Below are positions 38,201 to 52,140 of a stretch of 64,000 nucleotides of DNA, in pieces (position 1 is the first letter of the stretch; each line of letters starts with the position of its first letter). The notes below the pieces were generated by a model that was given only the letters and a program-made list of their open reading frames with translations, had not been told where the DNA came from and ran no database searches. The position numbers and the translations under genes were made by a program. This DNA comes from Tubiluchus corallicola (Eukaryota; Animalia; Priapulida). The DNA is taken from the NCBI GenBank assembly GCA_030141605.1, contig JAQGDQ010000495.1, positions 1 through 64,000 of the forward strand, written 5' to 3'.

Positions 38201-39871
38201 TTTCACTAGCAAAGTATCAGGGCAAATATGGTGTTAGATATAAGTGTAGTACAGTGTACAAATAGGCTGAGACTGACTCTAAATTTAGGTTATTAAAATA
38301 AAGCTTATTGTACAGCTTGGCATTCACAAGCTTTTGCAATTATTTTAAAATTGGCATTATTAATCTTTACACATCCTGAAAATAAAGTAGCTAATTTATT
38401 GTTCATGTGCCAGTGGAGATGCAAATGACTTTCTAATTTAGCATTGTTTTTGGGCATCTATTGGATTAGTATCAGTTCTTTAATCACTTACACGACTAGA
38501 TAAACAGCATAAAATTTTATGTGACCTTACCAAATTCAAAACGTTTCAGGTTATAGAACTAAGGGACAAGTTCATGTACAATATCACACCACTGAGCCTA
38601 GAGAGACGAGCAGGTTTCAGCGTCTTCAGTGATGATGAAAATGATATCACGGAAGAAGACATGGCTGCAGCAATAGGCTGCTTCAGTGGTATGCTACCAC
38701 CAAGCCAAAACAATGCTCCAAAACCCAAAGGTGAGGAATCATTAAGTCAGACAAAATTAATAATAAGATGATGACAATCTTCTAGTTATTTAAGGACTTT
38801 TCATACAAGTTTTTTATGTTTTGTCTAGGAGATGAAGAAAGTCATGCACCTGTGTCACACACAGATATGAGATCAGTTACACCTGGTGCACTTTCACATC
38901 AGCCAGATAATATTACTCTCAGGCAACTTTTTGCTCTGGAAAGGACGACAACTGACATTGCAAGCCTCAAGAAGAAATACGCGAAACTGAAACAGCGTCA
39001 ACAACAAGCTCAAGTCATTCTCTTCACGGAAAACACGAAGAGAAAGATGAAACAACAAAGAAAAGTAGCAGTTTCACCATGCTTCAACGATTCTTCTCTG
39101 CCGATCAATATTGCTCCCATTGCCATTAATCACTTATACTTGAGTCGAGATCACATGAAATCCGCCCAAGAAATTCAGCCACTAAAAAGTCCCGCATCAC
39201 ATTCTCATGGACTGCTAACTATGCAGCCACCAGTTAAAGATGAACACGGAGCGTTTGACTCAGAAGATGTGTCCAACTCACCTGAGCTAAATCCAGTGAA
39301 AGTGAATGAAAGTACAACTCGAACTGTGTGTGATTTTGAGAAAGAACTTACACATGAGGCTTTACCATATGAAGCCAACAGCGAAACAGAAGACAATGAT
39401 TTAGATGTTTCAAAGGAAAAATTTGACAGTAAAAGCATAAGTGCACAGCAAGACAGGATGGTCAGTAAAAGTAGCACACCCTCAAGGGACAGCGATGATG
39501 AAAATGTCCCAATGGCACACACCAGTAGGAAGTCCAGCTCTGGGTCAAATGACGGGGATGAGGAATTAACCAGTAGTAGTGATAATTCTGTGCAACAGGT
39601 GACAAAAACCTACTTGCCGAATGGCAGAAAGAGGGTTAGCAATCCGCCAAAGCCAAAACAATTATTTTACCCATTTCCAAAAAGACACGTACCGGTTAAA
39701 AGTCCCATTTCGGTACAGTTAGGGTTGTATAAGCCAGGAGTGGAACCCGAAGTTAAAGTGCAATTGCCAAGATTCCGAAATCAAGAGCCAATGGAAATCA
39801 AACAGACACACTTAAATCAGTGCTTACATAGACAATATATGGCACAGGTGAAAGCAACTGCTCGACACTGA
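29299..39871 (+). CDS. TBC1D30: TBC1 domain family member 30 (Rab GAP), 10 coding exons
   Basis: Phase-consistent GT-AG exons: 29299-29755 (or -29734), 31223-31387, 33536-33663, 35403-35528, 35755-35940, 36391-36556, 37208-37382, 37842-37980, 38550-38730, 38829-39871. Peptides GFQQWRHALKAVARLPTGIP, FNEKSNPDD, QIVKDLHRTG, GYCQGFN, YFSNNLRALAVDMAVFRDLL, YEPPLTNVFTMQWFLTLFATCLP match TBC1D30. The first exon is the least certain. Confidence 0.95.
30578..30875. repeat. ~102-bp tandem repeat x3 in TBC1D30 intron 1
   Basis: aaaaacaatgtaaattgtcaacagacaatgtgtattagcatt recurs at ~30581, 30683 and 30785. Confidence 0.9.
32923..32989 (+). CDS. TBC1D30: Candidate alternative first coding exon of TBC1D30 (short isoform)
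   Basis: ATG..MEALVASFRNGFEGFIGLGSKS, ending at CCG|gtaagc in phase 1, matching the phase-1 acceptor at 33536. Confidence 0.6.
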
Positions 39872-40117
39872 TACATATTTGCGCCAGACATATGCAAATT
39901 TACATATTTTTACTCTTTATAGGATGCATATAAAGCAAATGTGTACAGGTTGCAATAAAAGATTTGCATTGTACAAGGACAGGCCAAAGTTGATACACAG
40001 TGCAAGACTGAAAATACGGTTACAGCCTGTCATGTATCATTTCGCAAGAAGTGAAATTCCATGGACTGCATATTATGCATTATCATGTTAATTTAGTTTA
40101 TGAGTAATGCCCAATTA

Positions 40118-40237
40118 TAGTTTTTGTTCACATCTGCTTGCTATACCTGTAAGTTATAGACTGAAAACTAGTTTGAATAGTTTTTGTTCACATCTGCTTG
40201 CTATAGCTATAAGTTATAGATTGAAAACTAGTTTGAA
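40118..40237. repeat. 60-bp tandem duplication in the TBC1D30 3' region
   Basis: tagtttttgttcacatctgcttgctata...gaaaactagtttgaa twice, 60 bp apart. Confidence 0.9.
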
Positions 40238-41786
40238 TTATGCCGGCTATTGGTTAATCTGAAATCCATGTTTGATTTGGTGATTGTTATATAAATAATT
40301 TTACTTATTTATGTTTATTATGTTAATGTACAATTTTAGTATAACGGGTTACCACTATGTCTTCTTTCAACCTTCTGTAACTTTGATTTCTATTTCAAGT
40401 AGTAGCTTTTGTATTTGTACAAAACTAGTGTATTAAGGAATTAGTAAAAATAATGAATTATCTACATAGATGCCAAAATATTTGTTACATTAACGAAAGG
40501 AGCCAGTGAATTTAACGTCAGAAAACTATGTGATAACAATGTTGTACAAAACTTTTTTACTGGTGAACAACTTTGGTTATTTAGTATTGATGTCAAAAAA
40601 TTATTATGAATTTTTGAAAAAAAAAGTTGAAAGCAGTCGCACAGGTCTTATCATTCTTCAGTTTGAAATGTATACGTAAAAATTCCAAATGCATAAACTG
40701 AGATTAGAAGAACTGTCAACCAACGAAGTAAAGGAACAAATCTTTGCAGATTTATTAATTTATTATTACAGATTACACATTACAGAATGAAGCTAGAAAA
40801 GCATTGTCATTGATCATAAAACATATAGAACATATTTATCAAAATAGCTTAAAAGTTGGTGGTAGTTTACATATCATAATGTCCTCATAAAGCAATATAC
40901 CATTAAAGGTTTTTTGTTTGGTAGTCAGTTGTTATTATGAATAAACTGAATTATTACATTCATGCTGCCTTTGCTTACATATGTAACTTGTTGTTATTGG
41001 CAATGAAATAATGTTACAAATGGCTATTGCAAAGCATTTTATAATACACTATAGTCTTTATGAACATGGTCGTAAGACAACTTCATGAAAATACAGATAA
41101 ATCTAATCGTACCAGTATCAACGTCAGTGGTTTCTGGTTCGAATCCAAATGTAGTTTTAATTTTTACCACACATTTTTAGCCATATTTGGACTCGACAGT
41201 AATGTAAGAAATGGTGGTATGAGTTCTACTTCTGTGACAGTAAGGTAATCAGAAGATTACTGATATGACACACGCAAGTACAGAACACAAATATCTATTA
41301 CGAAGGCCTAGTAAGAACTCGTTTATTAATTAGTTTTACAGCTGGAAATAAAGCATTATCATTGCATTAACAATGAAAACACTTGGTATTATATGACAAG
41401 AGATCATATTCAGCAAACCATCTTAAAAAGAGACGAGCTGCAAACAAAACAGGACACATCATAAATCAAGACGGGGAAATCTAATGACTGAAATACTTAA
41501 ATACATGAATATAGAAAGTGCCCAGGCATTAAACAAACCTCTCTCGCAAGCATCGTATCACAATACTTATATTAAATAAAATTTGTTTAAAATGCAATAA
41601 AAACACACATGATGATATGTACAAATAGAAAACTTATTTGCAAGATATGAAAATTATTTTACAAAATACCTTTCTGTGTAACTAGTTTGTCAATCTCGTG
41701 AGTTTACAATGTGCAGCATTTTGACATAGTGCAGCAAAATGTCAGACGCTTCAAAAGATGAAGTAAGCTAGCCTTCAGCTTAGTGG

Positions 41787-44700
41787 CTAGTCAGCCAAAT
41801 CATGCTGGTCAAAGTATCTAGCTGCTAAGCACAGAAGCAGATTTAATGCAGCTAAATGCTCATGATCAGCACCATCCTGTCATTGTAAAAAAATTGTTAT
41901 TGTAAGAGGATTTCAAAAGATTATGCTAATTTCCAATATCTTGGCAGACTTGAAACTAGTGTTAATCATTAGTGACTGGAATTGAAAAACTTTAAGAAGA
42001 AATTGGACCAAAATGCCTTCCTTTACTGAATGGTTAACAAAACTTTATTATCAATCCAACTGCTTTGTTTACTATTCCCACAACTAAATGGTAGAAATAT
42101 TAAAAATCTTAAATGATTTACTGATAATTATTTCACTAACGAATACTTTAAGGGCTAACTGAATCAAGATTTCAAGCTAATGAACTGGATATTCTTATAA
42201 GGTCAGCCGGTTAAGCTATTATAAAATATTACATTACAAATACTGGGCTAGTGTAATACTATACCACCAAGTAACAGTACACCAACTTCATTAATAGTTA
42301 GCACAATTTTTGTACCATGAAAGGACAAATTTTATAGTTCGCCTGAACCATCCTTATATAGAAGATACTGGAATGCTGAAGAATGCACTCAAGATAAAGG
42401 ATGAACACTCACTTTTTTATGAAAAGATTTATTTAGTTTTCATATTTTGTGCAAACCATTGTTACTGAATTACAAGTTTATAAGGATAATATCTGGCTAT
42501 GGTATAAAAGATTAAAAGAAATATAAAATGCTATACAAGCTATGCAAACACCATGTGCATTAATTTTATTCTATTACTCACCAAAGTTGCTCTGAGGTTG
42601 GTACATAGTCGTGCTAGTGTCCGAATTAAATGGCACGCTTCTGGAGTTAATGGTTTCTCTAAGCAAGCTAACAAAGCAAACAACCATTGACCCTAAACAA
42701 CAGTAAAATGTCGAAGCATAAATGTATTTTCAAAAACAGCAAGCTTCATTGCAGAAATCAAAGAAACACTTGGAAGATTAAACGGACACTCAAACAAAAA
42801 AGCCAGCACAATGTATATCTATTTGTGGGTTGCACAAAATGTTCATTTACTGGTCATTAAAAGTGCCTTTAAATATTTATGCTTTGTGAGTTTCTATCAT
42901 TATTGCGAATATATCAGTTCAAGTAAAAACACAATAGCAATTTTAGCTGTAGTCTACTCTACTCAGCATATCCGCAATGTCAGTTTATGTCCTACAGAAG
43001 AAATGACAGTTAAAAGGTGAAGTATTTTTGATAAATTCTGGCTTCAAAACCAGATCTCACAAATTCAGTGCCAAAGTAGTGGATCACAAAGTGCAATAAA
43101 TGCTTAATAAATCCATGAACAATAAATCCATCCACTTATTGAGAGCACTATCGCTGGAATGAAGCTGTAATACTTTAACCTAGTATTAATTATAGTTTAA
43201 ACCACCATTTATTAATTCCAGACTTTGCTTCATAAATCCACCTTGTGTGCTGCAAAGACAAAATAATGACATAAGACCATATGATTGTCCCACATCTTAA
43301 CTTGAGCTAGGTCAGCGTAGTTGTTCTAAGCTTTGCATTTTTACAGCTTTGCATTTTTTCCACTTAAAGCTTTGACTTTAGCTGTTTACTTCGCATGTTA
43401 TAATGCGAGCATGAGTCAAGCACCAGGTGAGAAATTTAAGTTGGTTAAACTAACATTCAAAGTCTTGCTGACAAATGAATAATTGTGTTATTAAAGTTAC
43501 ATGTACTGTTTTTTTTTAAATTGGCAAACAGCTTATCACATATTAATGATAATGGCACTTTATGCAAATTAATGTAAATGTACAAACGCTAATAAATTGT
43601 TTCACTTTGCCAAAAAACATTTTGCGCGCAATTTACCGGGTGATTAGAGTATTGGCTTCATAAATAACCAATACGCATTATAATAACATAGAAATTGCTA
43701 CTTAATAGGTTTCTTCAGTTTATAAATCCAGGTGGATAAATCCATTCAGCGTCGCAACAACGTGGATTTAATAAGCAAAGTAACCGACATAAAAAACAGC
43801 AGTAGGAATTTACAGTGAGATTGCCTCATTCTTTATTACTATCATTTATTCTCATTGCAGTGCATTTTCCAAGTGGTTTTCAACGTTGCAGCAGCCTGTG
43901 ATAGCTGAATTTATGAAACTATTTAAAGGCTGGTATTTAACTACAACTTGAGGCCATAATTCTGTTAATACTTGTTTAATTTTTTTTTCAACAGCTGCAA
44001 GCATTCAAACTACAATCAGCATTTTTGGTAGGAAGTGCAAATTTGTTTGATGTATCTGGAGAAAAAACACTAATCTGGCATTTGGGTAAGGATTCTGCAA
44101 AAATGCTGAAATTTTAGCATTAATGACAAACCTACCTGTAGGTGAGAGAATCCAGTTTCCTTGAACCAGCTTATATGAAAACACAGCAGCTGCTCTACAG
44201 TGGACTGAAAACAAACATAACATATGATAAAAACAATGACCAAGCTGTTTCTAAAGTAATTCAAACAAAGTTCAAGCAACCCTCACACAACACAAACGTT
44301 TCCAAAAAACATTAAAAGCACTGATTGTGAGCACCAACAGGACAAGCTTAACGTCAAGAAACATTAGAAACGACAAGCTTATACTAAATTAGACTGTTAA
44401 AAGGCTTGTAAACTTGTTCCGCAACTAAGCACAAAGATTCTGCTTTTGCAACATCTAGCTACATTTTGCATCTTTACAACAAACGTCACACCTGATCTAA
44501 TGCCAACATTATGCTCAGTAAAGGTGGCAATGCATCTTGTGATTGTTGGTCAGCTTCTATTAAGCTAAACTGTTTGAGGGGTAGACTGTTTCCAAAGCAA
44601 AACTGATGCCAACCTAGTTCATCATCTTCTTCTGGCTGAAATGTATCAGATATTACAAGTACTAATGCATACACACAAGGTTCTTTATTGTTAAAGCCTA

Positions 44701-47700
44701 GTTAAGTCAATAAGTACCTTAGTTAGTATTTAGCCAAAGGACAAAATATCAAATGAAATAAAGAGTCAAATTTAAATTCCTGATTGCTTCATCAACATTC
44801 CTCTTTAGAAAATGTTCCTTAAAGAAAAACAGTAACTCGTTTTAAACCATAACCGTTTTTTGTTGAAAGAAAAATATTGTTTTCATTTAAGGAATTATTA
44901 GTTCAGAGGTTTAGTTTCAGGAGTTTTTCATTCACTTGAGAAAGAAAGAGCTGTATAAACTCAACAGAACACGGTCCAATCTTGATGATAGGGTAGGCTC
45001 GTGAAATGTGAAATTACAGATTAGACAAGCATAAAATTGGAATTATGAACTTTCAATGTCACACAACAGCACTGTATCTAAATGTTTGTTCTTGCATAAG
45101 AACAAAATTTTAAAGACTCCAGAAAATTTCACAAAACTGTGACAACACTAGTTTCTGCGCTAATATTTAATTACGAGAAACATTTTGGCAATTAGTAAGG
45201 ATGATAAAATATATACTTTAAGTCAAAATGAAGTATAATCTCAGCCTGTTTTTCTATTAGATAATTAAATAAAAATAAATAAACATAAAATAACTAAACC
45301 GCTATAAATAGGTGAGAATTACTTACAAGATTATTCCTTTGGCGCAGTTTAGCTGCAATTGTCGTATCAGTTCTCAATCTGGCCAAATTCTAAAACAGCC
45401 CAAAGTTAAAGAAAAATGCTTGCTTGTTTGTTTGAAAACTGTGCCAAAAACTTAAAAAAAAACTAAATAGCCTTTTAAGCAAACAACAACCAAGCAAATA
45501 TGGGCTGGATCATATTAAAGTGAATTTAGTAGAAAAAGAAAATGTACTTTTTGATGAAACTGGAGTCAATATATGACACAATTGCCTCTGACATGATTTC
45601 AGTAGCTTTACTCTTACACAATCACAGAGAAAATATTGTTTGGTAATCATTTGTCAAATGTGGTTAGTGTAAAGAGAGTGAAATTTATCACTTTTCACCA
45701 ATTAAAAACATTTGCTACCAATATTAAATTAATTATGCTAGTACAGCAAAATAAGGGATGATTTTGCTTAACTTAACACAAATTGCAATACAATACCTGT
45801 CTCAATTCTGAAAAATTTGCAACCTGTGCATTTTGCCATTGTAGTGAAGCTGCGTATCCCTGCGGAGCTGGTTGACAGCCATTGGACTAAAACCAAGCAA
45901 CATGTACATTAGTCTGCTAAACAAAACGTCAAACAATCAACTTGCCTATTGGTTGCCTATTGGTAGAATGAGGTCTGTGAAAAGCTTGGGCATGCTTGCC
46001 TGGAACAAATACAACTTACCAAATCTTCCAGGAAGTCCATAACGAGCAAATGCCGTAATGAGTAATAACTATCTAACATGTCTGTAATATCTTCAGAAGT
46101 ATATTTAGGACTAAATCACCTGACTGACTTATGCCAAAGGAAGCTACAGTCATAGCCTGAACTTATCATTGAGTGACTCATCATGTTGTTAAAGCAAGAA
46201 CCAACCCTTCAACAACATTTACTGCATTTTAACATAACAATTAAAAATATTGAAATCAACGCACAAGATATGTGCATAGAATGCTTAACTTAAAAGTGTA
46301 AAAGAAATTTAAAAATTTTTATTTCCTGCCAGCATATTTCAAAAAAATGACGAAAGCTGGTGACTGCTGGGCAGCGTGAATGCTGTGAAGGCAAGTTGTG
46401 ATGAAGGTACGCGTTGAGAAATTTCTACAGTTCACTCAGAAGTTCAGTTATTCTAGCGTTTTATTTAACTGTGTTTACGTAAAAATTAGTTATTTGATCA
46501 CTTATAACCAAGATTAAAGTGGCTACGTAGCTCTAACCCACAGGTTGATACCATAAAATGTGTAAGTAGTATACATTAATTGTATAAATGTAATTAATTT
46601 ACAACTGGGTTGGTTACTTAGTTTATTGAGTTCGCTCTATAAGTCAAAAAAAAGATTGCTGAAGCACTTGGCAGAATTTTTTGCCAAAATGAGTGCGCCC
46701 AAGCGTGAAGTGATCGCGAATTTAAATTGAAATTATTAATTACACGAGGAGCTTATCACAATTTCATTGCTGAAACTTTCTAACATTTTTCTCAAGAAAT
46801 ATTAGATAATAATAATATAATTAATAATAATAATAATAATATAATAGTATAAGCTCAACTTCCCGAGAGACTTGGCTTTTGCTTTAACAACCTGTTAAGC
46901 TAAATAGTTTTTAACAACTCAGGAAAGCCAATATTGAAGCAGTAAAGAAGCATTTACATATTTAAACACAAAAACGCAAGAGACACATATAAAATAAAGA
47001 CAAGAAAAAAATCTGAAACAACATACTGCACAATGTAAAAATATGCATGGATACAAAGTTGCAGATTTTGGTTAAATTTAATCAACAAAACCTAAAAATT
47101 TCATAAGATGCTCACTAGCATTGAATATGTATTTTAATGTCCGCACATAAAGATAGGCAAATAGTTCAATAAGAAATGCACATCAGTTAAAACCAGGGCT
47201 CGAAATACTCGTTTCACGATTCGCTCCGTAAATGATTGCCATAGCTCTACAAACACTGAAGCACTTATGCTTCGGATTACGTAAATACTTACGGATAATA
47301 ACAGCAAAACAAGTAAACAACAAATAATGCAAAATGGCCATCTGTCATAAAATATGCCGAAGAAAACCAAGTAATTATTTTACCAAGTTGTTTAAAAATA
47401 TTTGTCGTCATTATTAATTCACGAAAATCTACAACAGAAGTAATATTTCACAAATAAAATTTGTAAGAATAATGGCACTGTTCATGTTAGATGGTACGAC
47501 CATGGCACCTAGTAAATGCAGATGACAAGTAAGATGCAAAACAAAGTGAAATACAGGTGCTGCTGCAATTTCATGGTTTTTTGCTACACTGTAGTCTGGA
47601 CATGATAGTAAACAACAACAAATAAATGAGTAGCCAAAACTCGAAGCTATATACTTCACTCATTTTGTATAATAAAATCTATTGTTTATTTTAAAATCAA

Positions 47701-50103
47701 TGACTATGGTGGGCTAACAACCCAGTTGGAACTTTGGCTATGTAATAACACAAGATGTTCCAATAATTAAGGCATTAATTATTGTAGTAAATTAACCTTT
47801 CTTTTTTAAATATATAGTACTAGCCAGTATTTCAATATACTTTACAGTTTTGTAGACAAAGGGTTTTAAATTAGGAAAAAGATTTATTAAATTTCCTTCT
47901 TACAAATTTTCTTTTTATTTCAATAACTGTTTACTAGAACACTAAAGAATCTAACAGGAATATACTTGTCTGGCAGTTTCCCGTGATTTGTCTATCTCAA
48001 TATATACTATACTTCAATATTTTTGCTGCTATAAATAGAGAGAATAAAGAGGTTAGACTGTAAACTGCTTTCTATAATAACTACATATAAGTACAAAGTT
48101 GTAACAGATAAGTTATAAAAAAGTAGCCACATCATGAATTACATAGCAGTATTTATTTAGCTTAAAAGCTATATAAGGGAAAAACAGGTCACTGCCTTGC
48201 ATTAAAGTTCGTATGCTCTTTGTTTTTATTATAGTGAAGCATACAGTGCTTCACAGAAAAAATAAAGTATTTCGAACCCCGTGAATCAAAAACAGTACTG
48301 CTGAACCAAATACTAAATTTAAACTAATCCTTTTAAATTTAAAAATGGCACTTACATTTAAAACTTTCACAGTTTGATTTTTGTGGAAAGTAGAAACATC
48401 AAGAGATGCAACAACTATATTCGGACATTGTCCAGCTTCTTTCCTATGAAAATCAATGACAGCATTTGGTTTAATATGGTTTTTTATGGTTATATAGTTT
48501 AATATGGTATATATGGTTTTTTAACTATATAAAAAATAGTTAATATATTTTAACTTTGACAATATGGAAAGAGACATGTATAACATCTTTATTGGCTAAT
48601 AAAATGGTAACAGTGGTATCATTTCATTTGAAAGAAATGGACCAGAGGCAGATTCACAAAGCTTCTTACAAACTGTTTTATCAGTAAGATCGTTCATTTA
48701 CAGTGGAATTCACAAATACAGTAGGTACCATTTATTAGACTCACGGTTAATAGAACTCAATTGCTGAATTGACTCAAGAACGCCTGGTACGCTCCTATTC
48801 AAATGTATATAAAAACTGTTGGCAATTGACTCAAACAACTCTGTATAATTGACTTAATATTTTTACTCCACATGCTTAAATAAGACACTTTTGTGTGACC
48901 TATGAGTTTTTACTACTTTTATGTCAACTTAATTCACTTTTGTGCTTTATAATATATGTAGAAACAATCATGGTAAGTACAGTTTTGTTTGTAAGCATGC
49001 ATGGTTATCATGCGCTAATACGCTAGCGTAGCGGTTTTGCTTTGATTCTGTTACGCGCTCGTCCAAACTACAATTTCCCAAATTACTCTCGACACAATTT
49101 TGAAAAAACGATCTGAAATTGAACAGTCAACAAGCCAAAATGAGAATCTAGCATCTAAGATGCAACGCCCAGGAAAAGACTAAAGTGGAGTCAAGAAAAA
49201 ACGATGCTCAAGTGAACGCTCCTTTAATGTGACAAAAAGCAGAAGATTTGGCAAAGAAAATGGGAAAAGAGGATTTTATCGCAACAGAGGAAACAAGGGC
49301 ATCGCTAACTGCAGCTCAAACACGCCAAGCACTAAATGTTTACTCTAGTATGTGCATCACAAAGCAGCAGATTTTCAATGTTTTTTACAATTATAAGAAC
49401 TTCGTGAGCCAACTTCATCGCAAGAAAATAAAGCATGTGACTTTGAAGGAATTTTTGTAATTTTTGCAAATAGACAGACTTGTGTGGTTTAGAAAAGTAT
49501 GCTTTTTATTTTAACTGCACAAAGGAATTTAGGCATTACTTCATTTCTAAAATTCATTAAAAACCTCTGCAATGCATGTTGAGCTGATAATTCATACTTT
49601 TATTCCAATAATACTATATCTGTCCTTAATTGGGCCATAACACTTCAGTCCCAAAGTGAGTCTATTAAGCAGAGCCTACTGTACTTTGTAACCTAAAATG
49701 TTTATCAAATGTGATTGTAACTTTATGAAAACAAAAGAAATTCAATACAGTTTTTTGCGATTGTGTTAGTGAATGCTTTAAAATTGCATCAAATTGTGAA
49801 TATATAAATAATTTAAAGAAATAATTTACTCACTTACAAAATCCATAATAATTTCCAGTCTTTCCTAGCCAAATAAATTAATGAAATCATTTAATGTCAG
49901 ATTTTGCCTGTTTATTAAAATTTGAAAAATGAAACCATGAAAACCATGAAACAATTTTCTCATTGAGAAATGTTGCCCCCTTGCTCTTACCTGACTCTTT
50001 GTAAATACTCTTTTCCAGAAGTAGGTGGAAAACCAGTAGCTTCCTCATTTATTATTGATAAATCTTCATCGACATAAAAAGCTTTTTGCAGAAAATCATC
50101 CAT
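41787..50103 (-). CDS. GEMIN2: Gem-associated protein 2 (SMN complex, SIP1), 8 coding exons, 255 aa
   Basis: Phase-consistent exons 50103-49991, 48443-48356, 45886-45797, 45389-45327, 44635-44492, 44204-44136, 42692-42582, 41876-41787. They give [117 protein letters not shown]. Confidence 0.96.
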
Positions 50104-50234
50104 ATTTCCCAACTTGACTCATATTTTTTACCGATGTGAAACGTTGGACTCATCAACAATCTGTGAAAACATGGCTTACAAAAGTCTAAATGTACGTACA
50201 GAGTAATGGCACCTTCGTGGACAACTGCTTATTC

Positions 50235-50729
50235 CAGACCTGCCAACTCTCATGCATTAAGCGTGTGTCATAAGCATTTTAAGTGTTTCACATGAGCATC
50301 AAATTCCAGTTCTCATGCATTCCGCAACTTTACGCACAAGTTTGCAAAGAACCTGGTGTCCTTTGTCAATAGTACTAACCACAACCCAGTTAGTAGTACT
50401 AGTATCTGCAATGCAGTAACGTTCATGAGTCTTGCGATGTACATTATACTAAAGGGTTTTTTTTACAGTTATTTAAAATTAATCACTTTGGGGTGCTACT
50501 GCACTTTTTCATAGGAGCAAAAGAACATAATCTATATACATGTACAAACCAATGTGAACTGCAATAACAACATAATAAAGCTCAATAATATAAAGAAATT
50601 GTCTTTATATTAGCCAAAAAAGCAAATTTAATTTTTGGGGCATAATTTGCCCCCCGAGCCTACCAGGAATTGGTACACGGGCTTTCTACTTTTCACACTC
50701 ATTTTTACATCGAATGGTTGGCAGATCTG
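50235..50729. mobile_element. Probable non-autonomous DNA transposon (hAT-like MITE) in the GEMIN2 5' region
   Basis: 13-bp terminal inverted repeats cagacctgccaac / gttggcagatctg (1 mismatch); TSD not clearly preserved. Confidence 0.6.
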
Positions 50730-51129
50730 CTTTTTTAGAAAGTGCATTGCTTTATGCTACAATTGTAAGTTACATGTTGTGTATTAATTAATAACAAAAA
50801 AAGCGGTGTTGACAATCGATGACTTTGAAAACTTAGTACTAATTTAATCCCTTACTTGTACAATATTTTTGCGACATTTTCGGTCAAGAACAATTAACAT
50901 AACTACGCAACATGAAATCTCCCAAATTATTTCTTGCAGTGCACAATTCATTCATTTCATCTTCAATGATATAGATCAACATCATCATCTCTTGAGTCAC
51001 ACGTCGTTTGACATGACCCTCCTGATCACTTTATTCCAAGCTGCCCCGCCCGCAACCTCCCATGTCTCTGTATTTTTGAAATCTAATGGTGTGTTGATAC
51101 TAGCTCTTTTTGGATGAAACTCCTTGCGG

Positions 51130-52140
51130 TTTCTTTTCTTTCTGCAACGCTTCTTTGAAAGCTAACTTTAATGGACTGTCATCTAGTAATCGCATAACAT
51201 GTCCTATCCATCTTAATCTACTCCTTTTGATTTAAATTCTATTCCTCTGCCTTGACTTTATTGTACAGACCTGGTTTTCTTTGGCCATTTTATTCCTAGA
51301 ATGTTCCTGTAGTTTCTTCTTTGAAATGCATTAATTTCTGATTCGTGCTGTGCTTTGATTGTCCATAATTCTGAATTATAGAGAAACACAGTTTCCAAGT
51401 GCAGCCAAAGATGCTTAATTTTGTATCTAAACTGATCCTCTTACTTTCAAACATTTTTGTTAATTTGGAATATGCAACTAGTGCTAAGATTTTTCTTCTT
51501 GATATATCTTCACCTGTTGCTAGAAGACTGCCTAAGTATTTCCATTTCCTCCACGCATCATCTCCATTCCTTTTTATGTAATACTCTTCTGTTTTATCTT
51601 TATTTAGTATGTGATCCATTTCTTTTAATTTTCTTTCTATTTTGATTTTGATATCATCTATTTCAGCTTATGTTCTTGTTATCTACATCAGAATGTTGCA
51701 GGTCTACGGTTGTAGGGAATTTTGCTTTATTAGCATTATTGTGTTGTAATTCTGTTCCCGATAGTAGCTTTTCTGGATGCAGATTTGCGTAACTGTGATC
51801 ACAAAGTTCTTTTCTGGGTATACTGTTCCTGTCCATTAATACTGTAGCAAAGTAAAAAGTGAAGAGAACAGGACTTAGGCAGACTCCTTGAGGTACTCCC
51901 TTATTCGTGGAAATTGAGTCACTCAGTCTGCCTTTCGAAGATTGTAGATACACTAATTGGAAGATCTCCCAATAATATTGATATCATACGAATTTCGTCA
52001 GGATTAAGTATTTCTTGTAAGTAGTGTAGCAGTGGCTTTCTTCGAACTGAGTCAAATGCTTTGGACATGCCCATGATTGGCATGAATAATATATATATTG
52101 AATAATCTGTTGAAGAGATGGCCTTTTTCTGCTAGTATCT
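51130..52140 (-). mobile_element. Degenerate non-LTR retrotransposon (RTE-like) reverse transcriptase fragment
   Basis: Frameshifted motifs in order: MSKAFDSV, GVPQGVCLSPVLF, WKYLGSLL, RLRWIGHVMRL. The YADD site has decayed. Confidence 0.88.

Noticed and set aside
47545-47615. SCPDYSVAK as a GEMIN2 exon
   Set aside because: No fitting splice sites; the true exon (CPNIVVA) is at 48356-48443.
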